From Psammoneis japonica (lineage: Eukaryota), in the NCBI GenBank assembly GCA_008632985.1, contig QPGO01000058.1:310001-374000 (forward strand): 64,000 nt of DNA, given 5' to 3'. Positions 11,162 through 21,299 of the stretch are shown piece after piece. The notes below the pieces were generated by a model that was not told the origin of the DNA, did no database searches, and saw only the letters and a list, made by a program, of their open reading frames with translations. Numbering within the stretch: position 1 is the stretch's first letter; each line of letters begins with the position of its first letter. The translations under genes were made by a program, and so were the position numbers.

Positions 11162-12889
11162 ATGTCGCTGTATTCAATCTTGTCAAAACTCTTGATGCTT
11201 CTCCTTTGCTGGCCACATGCCATTCACGCTCGAGAAGGATCAGATCAACGGCCCAACTTTATTTTCATATTTGCCGATGATTTGGGCTACGGGGATCTCA
11301 AGTGCTATGGTCATCCATATGCCAAAACGGACAATCTCGATCGCATGGCACGTGAAGGAACATTGTTTCGGTACTTTCACACGGTGGGCAACATTTGTCC
11401 GCCAAGCCGAGCTGGATTCATGACGAGTCGATATCCTTCGTGGTTTCCCAATTATACACCAGATTATGGCTTTATGGGGGCAATCACAGTCACGCAAATT
11501 CTCAAGGACGCGGGCTACGTGACGGGGCACATTGGGAAGTGGAACATTGGTGATCCGAAACCCGACAAGAGCAATGAAGGGTTCCCATACGATGCCTACG
11601 GCATGACGGATGTACGAGTCACAGGCGATGGGCGTACGGATCCGCGTGGAAAGGAAGGACCGCGTTTTGATTTAGCAATGGAATTTGTGGAGCAATACAA
11701 GGACGTGCCGTTTTATCTCAATGTTTGGATGTACGCGCCACACTCGCCGGTTGAGCCGCCCCAATACTTGATTGATGAATTTGACGACTTGGATGTGGAC
11801 CGGAGCTTGTTTGGGGAACACCATCAGGAGAAATTTGACAAAATTAGTCGTTTGGGTGGAAGCATAAACACTGGAATGAAAACATATTTGGGAGAGGTCT
11901 ACGGTATGGACATGCAAATCGGAAGGCTGCTGGACAAGCTCGATGATCTTGGCTTGACAAACGACACCGTCGTTTTGTTTTCAAGCGATAACGGACCGGC
12001 TAAGATTGACCATAGGGGAGAAATCAACTTTGGATCGGGATATGCAGGGGGACTTCGTGGGGGGAAGCACGCGTTCTATGAGGGTGGTGTTTCAGTTCCG
12101 TTCATCTTGAGGTATCCGGGTCATGTCCCTGCGGGAAAGGTAAACAATGCTTCCTTCACTTCAGCTCTTGATTGGCTTCCAACAGTGGCAACATTGGCAA
12201 AAGCAAATTTCTCTTGGGATCTTGTTGAGGGGGAAGACGTGAGTGATATTTGGTTTGGAAGTAACCGGTCTCGCAAGAAGCCCACATTTTACCAAGATCC
12301 CGGTTCGGGTAGCATTGCAGTGCACTATGGTGGGTGGAAGATGTATGATTATGATGATAGGCTTTACGATTTGAGCACTGATCGCAATGAGTTCGTAAAC
12401 TTATACGACGACGAACCGGAAATTGTGGCGGCTTTGAAGGCCCTCAAGTCACAATACAAGGCCACGATACCGGATGACCATCGGTCTGGGGGCAGCAATC
12501 CTCTTCCGTTTGACCCACTTCAACCAGTGACGCACCTTGTGATTCCACAGGTGCTTCTGGACAATGCTGTGACTGCTCCGCCGTCGTCTCCTCCAACATC
12601 GTCTCTGCCAACATCTTCTCCTCCAACGTCGTCTCCGCCAACATCTGCTCCTCCAACGTCCTCTCCTCCGAACGCGTCTCCTCCAACGTCGTCTCCTCCG
12701 CCGAACGCGTCTCCAACGCGCCCCCCGACACCAAGAGCGCCGTGGTTGACACCACCTACAAACCCTTTCGGGACACCAACGACGAGTTTCAATTCTCCCT
12801 CGGCTTCACCTTCAAATATCGCCAGTTCTTGCCTGATAAGCTTTTTCGCTGCTGCTTCAGTACTACTGGGTTACGCATTGTCGGTTTAA
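11162..12889 (+). CDS. Secreted/cell-surface sulfatase (arylsulfatase family) with Pro/Ser/Thr stalk and hydrophobic C-terminus
   Basis: Signal peptide, FADDLGYGD, CPPSRAGFMT (CxPxR formylglycine motif), GKWN, SSDNG, LRGGK..YEGG. Repeated SSPPT units, then a hydrophobic tail. Confidence 0.92.
   Translation: MSLYSILSKLLMLLLCWPHAIHAREGSDQRPNFIFIFADDLGYGDLKCYGHPYAKTDNLDRMAREGTLFRYFHTVGNICPPSRAGFMTSRYPSWFPNYTPDYGFMGAITVTQILKDAGYVTGHIGKWNIGDPKPDKSNEGFPYDAYGMTDVRVTGDGRTDPRGKEGPRFDLAMEFVEQYKDVPFYLNVWMYAPHSPVEPPQYLIDEFDDLDVDRSLFGEHHQEKFDKISRLGGSINTGMKTYLGEVYGMDMQIGRLLDKLDDLGLTNDTVVLFSSDNGPAKIDHRGEINFGSGYAGGLRGGKHAFYEGGVSVPFILRYPGHVPAGKVNNASFTSALDWLPTVATLAKANFSWDLVEGEDVSDIWFGSNRSRKKPTFYQDPGSGSIAVHYGGWKMYDYDDRLYDLSTDRNEFVNLYDDEPEIVAALKALKSQYKATIPDDHRSGGSNPLPFDPLQPVTHLVIPQVLLDNAVTAPPSSPPTSSLPTSSPPTSSPPTSAPPTSSPPNASPPTSSPPPNASPTRPPTPRAPWLTPPTNPFGTPTTSFNSPSASPSNIASSCLISFFAAASVLLGYALSV
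12575..12730 (+). repeat. 15-bp coding tandem repeat (SSPPT)
   Basis: Repeated TCGTCTCCTCCAACA-like units inside the sulfatase ORF. Confidence 0.85.
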
Positions 12890-12990
12890 AGACAACATGT
12901 GTGCCAAAGGGATTAAATCTTGCCTTTTGCGTGCGAGCACCGCTATCTTTACTAGGGTTCTTATTTTTAAGTATCAATGGAAATTGTTTC

Positions 12991-13443
12991 TCATAGCTTT
13001 GCAATTGTCGATTCTAATACAGCGACAGCTGCCAGCGCAACTTGCTCGTCTTGTTCGGGTTTCACGCCACTCACACCGACAGCGCCACAGCAGTTGCCAT
13101 TTCGATCCATGATTGGAACTCCACCACGCATCAGCACAAACGGAGAAGACAACAAGGCAGCACGACTCGTCCCTTCCGATACATTGACGGCAGCTTCAAG
13201 TCCAGCTGTTTCTTTTGAAAAGAGAGCAGCAGTCTTGGCCTTGCCCACTGCAATTTCGTACGATGCAGCAAACGCCTTGTCGCACCGTTTCACCAAGAGG
13301 GGAACGCCCCCCGCATCACTGATGCAAATCGTAACATTCCATCCATTCGCAGACGCCTCCGCCTCGGCAGCTGCCAATGCATTCACCGCGCCAGCTGACG
13401 TAATTTGAAGCGATGGATGGAGGAGATCTGAATTCGATGACAT
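12991..13443 (-). CDS. GlcG/HbpS-family (heme-binding) protein with C-terminal PTS1 (AKL)
   Basis: VTICISDAGG, IAVGKAKTA, GGVPI..GAVGVSG....DEQVA motifs. Ends STIAKL*. Confidence 0.85.
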   Translation of the reverse strand: MSSNSDLLHPSLQITSAGAVNALAAAEAEASANGWNVTICISDAGGVPLLVKRCDKAFAASYEIAVGKAKTAALFSKETAGLEAAVNVSEGTSRAALLSSPFVLMRGGVPIMDRNGNCCGAVGVSGVKPEQDEQVALAAVAVLESTIAKL

Positions 13444-14028
13444 GTCAGATTTTTGTGTTATTTGGTAAATCACCAACCTGATGGGATGATGGGCAAGATG
13501 CAAGATTGCAATATGGATATGATGCATCCATCAACCATCACTCGGATCGGATGGTCGGACAGGCATTTTTTGAAATTTGCTTTTGAAATTTTGCTCCCGA
13601 CATCGACATCCGAACACCGATGCGAACTCCCTCCAAGAGGCGCGCACTGCACTGACAACGACCGCAGAAGTGGAGCGCGGCGGCGCACGCAATGTTGTCG
13701 TCGTACAGTGCGGTAGTTCGTCGTCTCGACGCATCAAGATGCAACGGGAAACAGCGTCTGCACACGACGTCCCCACTCCTTTATCATAGAATTGAAGTGA
13801 CTCTTGAAGAAAACGGTCTCTGGATCACGATACGACCTCGTGCGATGGCGGTTGTCGACGTTTGGCCAGCGTTCTGCACAACGTCACTTCTTGACATCAC
13901 CATAAATGTTTCGATCTCGATGCAATCGAACCAATCGGAACACGAACGAAAGCGAAGCCGTGAGCCTTGTCACAATTTTTTGTTCCGCAACTTTACAAAA
14001 CACATCTCATCAAAACAAACAAAGTATC

Positions 14029-14688
14029 ATGAAGTTCAGCATTGTGCTCTTTGTAGGCCTTTTCACTAACAGCTGGTGTGATGTTCAAAGCATTCGTCTC
14101 GGAGGCGAAAGTTCGGCGATGACGGACGACACGAGAGAGCTCGCTTACGACAATTTCAAGGTGCGGAGGTGCATGAACAAACTCGGTCTTGCAAAGAAGG
14201 CGAGAGAGAACCAGAAGAAGAAGATATTCCTTATCGAAAACGAAGAAATCCCGAAGCCTCAAAAAGAAAGGCCCACGGTCCTTGTCCCTCCCGCGTCGTT
14301 GAACAATCAGAACGAAGTGTTGAACGCTCATTTTGAGAGGCATTGTGGCAACGATACTTGTGGACACGCGGATTGGTATAGAGGAAAGAACAAGAGGATC
14401 GTCAGTCATCATCTAGACAACTGTTCGCCTTTTGGCTCTTTGGTCAGCTACTGTCTCACCGTTGCCTTAATCGGTTCCCAAAACGAGATCAATGTCATTC
14501 TGAAGCGATGCGGCCAGGGTCCGTCTAAGCTTCAGAAGTGGAAGTTTGTCGGGAAAACCCTGCGCCCAGCTGGTTTCAAGAAAGCCCTGTGCCTTACAAA
14601 CGTTAAAGGGACTAACAACGCTGTAGTGAAAAAGTGCGTTGCTGGAGATCCGGATCAAACAATTGTGAGGTGGTTCAAAAGCACCTAA
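14029..14688 (+). CDS. Secreted protein, possible ricin-B-type lectin repeats
   Basis: Signal peptide MKFSIVLFVGLF. CLT...C....QKW and CLT...C....Q..W patterns. Confidence 0.6.
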   Translation: MKFSIVLFVGLFTNSWCDVQSIRLGGESSAMTDDTRELAYDNFKVRRCMNKLGLAKKARENQKKKIFLIENEEIPKPQKERPTVLVPPASLNNQNEVLNAHFERHCGNDTCGHADWYRGKNKRIVSHHLDNCSPFGSLVSYCLTVALIGSQNEINVILKRCGQGPSKLQKWKFVGKTLRPAGFKKALCLTNVKGTNNAVVKKCVAGDPDQTIVRWFKST

Positions 14689-15387
14689 GACGGGTGAACT
14701 GTGGATATTGACAATGCACATTACGTCGTAGAACAAGGAAGAGACAGAGTTTGGCTTGTCCAATCTGTTTCTTTCTCAAGCATCTTAATCCATGTCCTTT
14801 CATACAGTGAAAACGGCGAGGTTCGCTTTGAATGCTTTCGTTCGCAGCCACAGATAGTGATTCTCGTCTCTGTTGCTCTATTACCTTCTTCGAAGGTTAG
14901 GATATCCACTGCAGGTCTTGCAGCTGCTGTGATGTGTGTTTGGATTCGGTCAACTGGACCAATCACAGCTTCCCGTTCGTCCTCCCTCGCCTCCATCTCT
15001 GCTGTAGAGAGATTAGCTGCTACCGGTAGCTACATTAGGCTAGAGTAGCTACTATACAGAGAGTAGGGTAGTAGCTAGTAGATAAAGCTCTCTACTCTAG
15101 AGATGAGAAGAGATAGACTAGAGAGAGTACTGTAGTCTAGACCTACGAGTCCTACAGTGTAACCGGCCGCAGTGTCCAAAAATCAGAGATTCAGGATGGT
15201 TTGAGGCCGCCTGAGCGAAGCACATGATGGAATATCCTCGTCACTGAATATTTCACTATTCACTTTTCAGGGTGCTGAACAACGAACGCGGAAGCACACC
15301 ATGAAAACCTCTCATGATATGATAATTCTTTAGTTCTCATCTCGTTTCTATTTTATGTGGAGATATGCCTCTTGACATTCAAAAGTC

Positions 15388-17813
15388 ATGCCTGTCTCTT
15401 TTAAGACCGAGCCGTCTATTCACAATCTCGAAGATGCCCCTGCCCCGAGCGAAGAACTGCTCGTCGCCATCAGTCCTCCTATTTCACCTCGACCCACCAG
15501 GGAACATTCTTCTCTACTCAGGACCTCCAGATCCTCACCATCACCTCCATTAACCGTAATAACTGATGGACCAGGCGAGTCAGTGGCCGACACTGACAAG
15601 CTCAAACTTGCTGACGATGAGATGATTGACGAAGAAGGGAGTGGTGGATGTGACGACGAAGAATATGATAGCCAGAGTGGCGACTTACCCGAACAAGCAC
15701 AAAGAGACGAGATACCTGACGATGATTCTTCGCAAAGAGCCTGGGTTCATTTTCCATTTACCTGCTTGGCTATTCCAGCTCGTTGCAGAAAAGAATGTAG
15801 CTGGAACCGCTTATCTGTCTCTGTTGTGCAATACGCGCCTTGCTTTTGGTGCATGGCCGAAGGGGACAAAACAGATCGAAACATTCTTTATCGATTGAAT
15901 ATTTTGTGCGCTTTCTTTGCAACAGGCCAGGTCGTAGCTGGCGCGCTTGTGCTCTTCTCACAGATCGCCGGTGGCTTTATCAACAAATCAGAAGCAACCG
16001 GACGAACCGAGCGGAACTATTTTGCTCCTACTTTGTGGAGTTTGGATGAGATAGTCCTATTCTGTGGATTTGTTGGCTTGATTACCCTCATCACTACGCT
16101 TTTGACTCTGCGAGTGATCAAAGAAGTGCGAGTGGTTGGCTCCATAAGATATATGTGGGCCTTACTTGCTATCATTCCTGCAGAATTATTCCTCATCATA
16201 TCTCTCATAGGTATTTTTGGATTATGTTTTGGATCGTTCTTGCAAATGTTGAGCTCACTGAATGTCTTTGGGTTTCGTTATTTCAGACATCTATAGGGTT
16301 ACTGACGTTTATGTAAAACAGTGGTGGTACGTGAATTCAATGGCTTGGTACCGGGATCGGCTGTGCGCGAAAGGTACCGGTGAAACACGTTGTGTGGTTC
16401 CTATCTGCGGTTTGCCTCTCTTTGGGCAAGCTGCTGGTGAGTGATGTGCATGTAGCATCTAATGGGGTATGCCGAGGCTCTTCTTTTTCTCAACGACGCG
16501 ACAATCATTTCGTTGTTCTTACAGCTACAAATCCGTATATGGGAACCGATTCAGAAGAGTGCATTGACGGGGAAAACTCGTGGTGTAGTTTCTATTATAA
16601 CGCCACCGATTGCCGGTCGATTCGCAATGACGCCCAGGCTGAAATGCGACGAACATCCTATATTTTCTTTGCGGTAAGTTTCGTCGTCCACCAGAGCGCA
16701 CCTTCGTGCCTTACGAATTGCTCCTACAGCTGCACGCCTTTCTTCCGGTGTAGGCAAATTTTGTGTGGGGTGTGATTCTAATTATTCTGGTACGTTGTTA
16801 CAATTGAATCCATAGTTGCACACAGAGCGTGGTTTCTGGGATCGCTCTCACGTTTCAGTTTTATCTTAAGCTGCTTCTCACTATTAACACGTTGGAGGCA
16901 ATAATTACAAAGCCCGTTGTGCAGAAAGCCAAAGAATCCAATGTTCCGTAAGTTTTTATTGTAATTAATTGTGTATGGGAAAGGTATACAATGGACATAT
17001 CGGCGTAGATTCTCAAAAGAGTATTCTGTTTGGTTTGTGACTTGCATAATCCAGAGGATGGATGACATTGCCTTTTGTGTTTTCTACGACGGCTGGCGCA
17101 ATCATGATGTTTTCGCCAAACTCTGTGCTCAACGTCAATTCGGGGTCAGATCCATCATGGATTGCATCTTGTTTCATGGGGCTAGGGGGGTTGTTCTTGG
17201 CGGCGGGGGCGTTGGGGTGGATTTTGTCAACGTTCACGATCACAAACAGCCTAGACAAGCGCACAAAGCAGCTTGTGGCGTGGCTCTTCATAATCACTTT
17301 GGCTTTCACTCTTCTAGCAATCGGTACGTTCACGTCGGAAGGGCGTCCTCCCGTCAAAAATGGTCTAGAATATCTTCTGATTCTTTCTTTGATTCTCTTT
17401 TCGCGCAGTGGTCGTGTTTTCATTATCAATTTTCTATTCCACTGAAGCTGTCGATGTTGGCATATCCGTCGAAGGCCGGGGAGACATTGCTTGTGGTATT
17501 GATACTGTTGATAGTTGCTCATTTTGTGGTAATACAAACTCCAGTATAGTCGAGTGTCCAGAGTGGGTAAGTTCCAAAAGTCCATCATTGCTAAACCTAC
17601 CGACGTACACGAGACCATCCCTGACATCGTTTGTTTCGAAATTGTGTTGGCTTTTGTGGCTAGACTACAAATGATGTCACGCGTGTTATCCAGACACAAT
17701 TGAAGCAAAGTGCCATTCTGGCGGCGATTCTGTCTATATTTGCCTTTGGAGCGTTCCGTTTTGGTCTCGTGCTGCGTCGACACATTGCCGAATACGAGAT
17801 TGACTATGTCTAG
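15388..17813 (+). CDS. Multi-exon multi-pass membrane protein of unknown function
   Basis: Acidic N-terminus and several hydrophobic segments across ORFs 15388..16296, 16262.., 16380.., 17062.. and 17408... GT..AG introns. The last exon ends ...RHIAEYEIDYV* (TAG 17811-17813). Exon borders are approximate. Confidence 0.6.
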
Positions 17814-17968
17814 AGTAGAGACTACGGAGAGGGACGCAAGAAAAGTAGAAAGAAAAAACGTTCAAGTACGCAAGACTTGATTCGCCCAGTAGTAAATGTT
17901 GGGTAGAAATTATTCATAAATAAGTGTGTAGAATCAGATTGTGGGCCGCTAACTTCCTCGGATACTAT

Positions 17969-18461
17969 TTATATCCACTCACCGCCAGTGCACCCAACTT
18001 TGTTTTCGTCCAAAATGCAACGAGCTTCGGAGAGGCAGTATCGTCCTGGCGAGCAACTTGAACAAGCCCAATCATCAGGATAGCAGAGAACTTGTTCATA
18101 ATCAATATAGAATTTCGGTTGGCGGTCCTCGTAAAACTCGGTCTGGGAATTGACTCGATTGAGGCAAAGGTATTCATCGTCGTCGCACTCTGGGAAACGA
18201 TCAAAGTCGCATTGTCCCAATGTGCCGTCGTCGTTCAAACAGACATCGCGATTCGGCCAGAAAAAATCTGCACCGAGATTAATTCTTTCCTACAGCACGA
18301 TACATTAGAATCGAGAAGAGATGTGAGCGTCGTTCTCTCGCGCGCAAGAGATTTGCGCCATCGACTAAAACGCACAGAGTTGAACTTACATCATCATCAG
18401 CGAACACGGAAAGAGGGAAAGAGGAGAGAAGAAAGGAAAAGATAAATAGGCGAGAGATCAT
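17969..18461 (-). CDS. Small secreted Cys-rich protein (2 exons)
   Basis: Exon 1 18461-18390 encodes a signal peptide. Intron 18389-18290 (GTAAG..TGTAG). Exon 2 is in frame with ORF 17969..18238 (CSSCSPGRYCLSEARCILD). Confidence 0.75.
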
Positions 18462-19035
18462 GGTTTAGAAATAAAGGGGGCAGAAAGAGTTCGATTGAAC
18501 TGAAGTGACCAATCGTGATGATGCAAAAGATTGTCGATGGACCAGCAAAATTTCGCTTTTTTGTGGCTGATGTGGAGCATTGGCTCTTGAGTACGGTAAG
18601 TTGTTTCGTGAGACGCAACGAAAAATATATATCCATTTTATAAATTAATTAAGGTTTTATATATTCAAACAATTTTGGCGCCAAATTCTCCATAAATCTT
18701 GGATACCTTTTTTCGAGGCCGCCACCAATCTAATGATGGAAAAGATACTTGAATACTTATTAACGTCCACCGTTAAATTGTTTCAGTCACTATCGGCTTT
18801 ACCAGCAATTAATGGAAATTAATTTATGAATATGGAGTATATAGAAACAGCCGAAATTTTGTCAATTGGGTCGTGCCCGCGACCACAAAAGACTCACACG
18901 CCGCAGATACCGTATGAAACGACTCAAGCCACTTTTTACCTTCGAACAAAAACCACATACTCACGTCACCATTATTGCCACAAAACGACTCCATTACACA
19001 AACTGCATCTCTCGACCCTCTTGGATTTGTTGAAG

Positions 19036-20719
19036 ATGACTGATAAAGCTGTTGCAAACGAGGAAGTACCTCTGGAGTCGTCACCTCCTGAGCGAGACGC
19101 CGCATCCGAGGTGCCGATGGACTCAACTGTCCAAGCCATCATGGTGCCGCTGGGGGATTCCAGCGATCAAGACAACTCTACAGTTACAGGAGCTCTTTCG
19201 GTCGATGAAGAAGGAATCGCCGCACCTGTGTCTTTGAGGTCGAAGAGGACCAGAAGGAAAGGCCGGAAGGACGGAGAAGAGCAAAGCACTACTCGCGCCA
19301 AGCGCAACGTGCTTTTGTTCCTGCTGGTACTCATGATTGCGATAACGGCCGCTTCCGTGGCAGCCTTCGTTGTCATTAGCAAGAACGGCGAATCTTCCGA
19401 TGCATCGAAGAGCCAACAGGGTGATGGTTCTGCCGAGACGACTCAGAAACCCGACGCCCCTGCACCCACGGCATCTCCCGTAGTACCCGTTACTGGACCT
19501 CCCACCCAGGCGCCCGTCACGTCTGCTCCTCAAAACCCCACTGCAAATCCCACCCAAGCCACCATGAGCCCCACCGTTGACCCTGCTAAGCAGGTTTTGG
19601 TGGATTTCTTTTCCAACGTGTCGGGAGCTACCGCCTTCTCGGATGCCACTTCTGCGCAGTCTCGTGCCGTTGATTGGCTTGTCAAGAACAGCGACATTGA
19701 GACCCTTCAACAGCCGGCCTTGATCGAGCAACGCTACGCATTGGTTGTAATGCAAATGGCCCTGGGTGGTGATTTTGCTCTCCCCGCGGGTGTGGATGAG
19801 TGCCGCTGGGCCGGTGTTACATGCGAGAACCAGAAGGTTGTGTCGATCAATTTTGCACGATCCAACCTGAATGGATTCATTCCCGACGAAATCAGCTTGC
19901 TGTCTGAGTTGGTAGCATTAGACCTGGGCGAGAACGCAATTGGTGGCGAGATCCCCGAGTCTCTCTACTCCCTCACCAAGTTGCAGAAAATCTACATGCA
20001 CCAAAACAAGCTGACTGGGGAGATTTCCGAATCGATTGGTAATCTTTTCAGCTTGACTCATTTGTATTTGGGAATGAACCAGCTCTCCGGACCCTTCCCA
20101 ACCTCGCTTGGTTCTGTAAATGGTCAAGGACATCCTTTGCGCTATCTTGTTTTGAACCACAACAATCTCACAGGCAGCCTTCCTTCCAACCTTCGCTGGC
20201 GTGCCATGTTCTATCTGGACTTGTCCCACAACAAGTTTTCCGGTCCTCTTCCTGAAGATTTTGGTGGGAGAATGACCGGTGCCCGGTTGATGTACTTGAA
20301 TAACAACGAATTTAGTGGAGATATTCCCATTGGACTGGCCACCATGGCCGGCGCACGGTTGGAAGTCCTGCACCTGAACGACAACGAGTTCACGGGCAAG
20401 CTCCACCAGCAAACATAAATACTCGTAAGTGTGCTTTTTTTCATTGATTCTATGCTCTGTCGAAATCAAATGATCACTCACTCACATTCTTGCTCTCTGT
20501 ATAATGTGTGTGTTTTGTTTGACAGTATCCATGACTTTTCAAAACAACAAGTTTGACGAACTCGGAAAGAATGTCTGCAAAATGCAAGTTTTGGCTGATG
20601 AAGGCGAAATGATTAATCTCAAGGCCGATTGCGCAATTTGTACTTGCAAGTACAGTTGTGAAGACTGTTCACCGAACCGACCGAACCTTGGTAGGAACAT
20701 TTTCAAGCGATTTCCTTAG
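19036..20719 (+). CDS. Single-pass membrane leucine-rich-repeat protein, paralog 1
   Basis: TM segment, Pro/Thr stalk, QSRAVDWL..QRYAL, ECRWAGVTC cap, LxLxxNxLxGxIP repeats. Intron 20425-20525. Probable 1-bp error near 20405. Confidence 0.88.
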
Positions 20720-21245
20720 ACGGTAGGGAACTTGTTCGATTTCTCTAGAGCTCCATGGCCCGTACTCTATTGTGGCGCCAGCTCGGTTATAAACTACTGT
20801 ATATATCGACTACGATCTCATTTTCTAGCGTCAACCTATCGTTTTCCTTCAGTCTATTTGTCCTACAATGTCCGTGTCCTCTTCGTCACACGCATGTGTT
20901 TTTTCTCCTTTTACATTGTTGCTGCACTCGCAAAGCAATTTGACTTCGACGAACCTCCCGCAAGGCCGATCGCGCAATTTGTACTTGCAAGTACAGTTGT
21001 GGAGACTGTTCACCGAACCTTGGTAGGAACACTGTCAATCGATTTCAGTAGACGTTAGAGCACTTCTTCGATTTCCCTAGCCAGATGGCCCGTACTCTAT
21101 TGTGGTGCCAGCTCGGTTATAAACGATTTATCGACAATCTTATTTGCTGTCGTCAGCGTGTCGTTTTCCATCCCGCCCATCCTTCAGTCTATTCTTCCTG
21201 CACTGCCCGTGTCCTCTTCGTCACCCAAACGTGTTTTTTCTCATT
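20620..21245 (+). repeat. Tandem duplication of the LRR gene 3' end/UTR (~20620-20910 and ~20960-21245)
   Basis: CAAGGCCGAT.GCGCAATTTGTACTTGCAAGTACAGTTGTG, ACCGAACCTTGGTAGGAACA and ATGGCCCGTACTCTATTGTGG.GCCAGCTCGGTTATAAAC each occur twice. Confidence 0.85.
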
Positions 21246-21299
21246 ATACATTCTCTGAGTTGCAATTCCATTTTGATGTTAAGTTTTCTCGCGGCAGGC

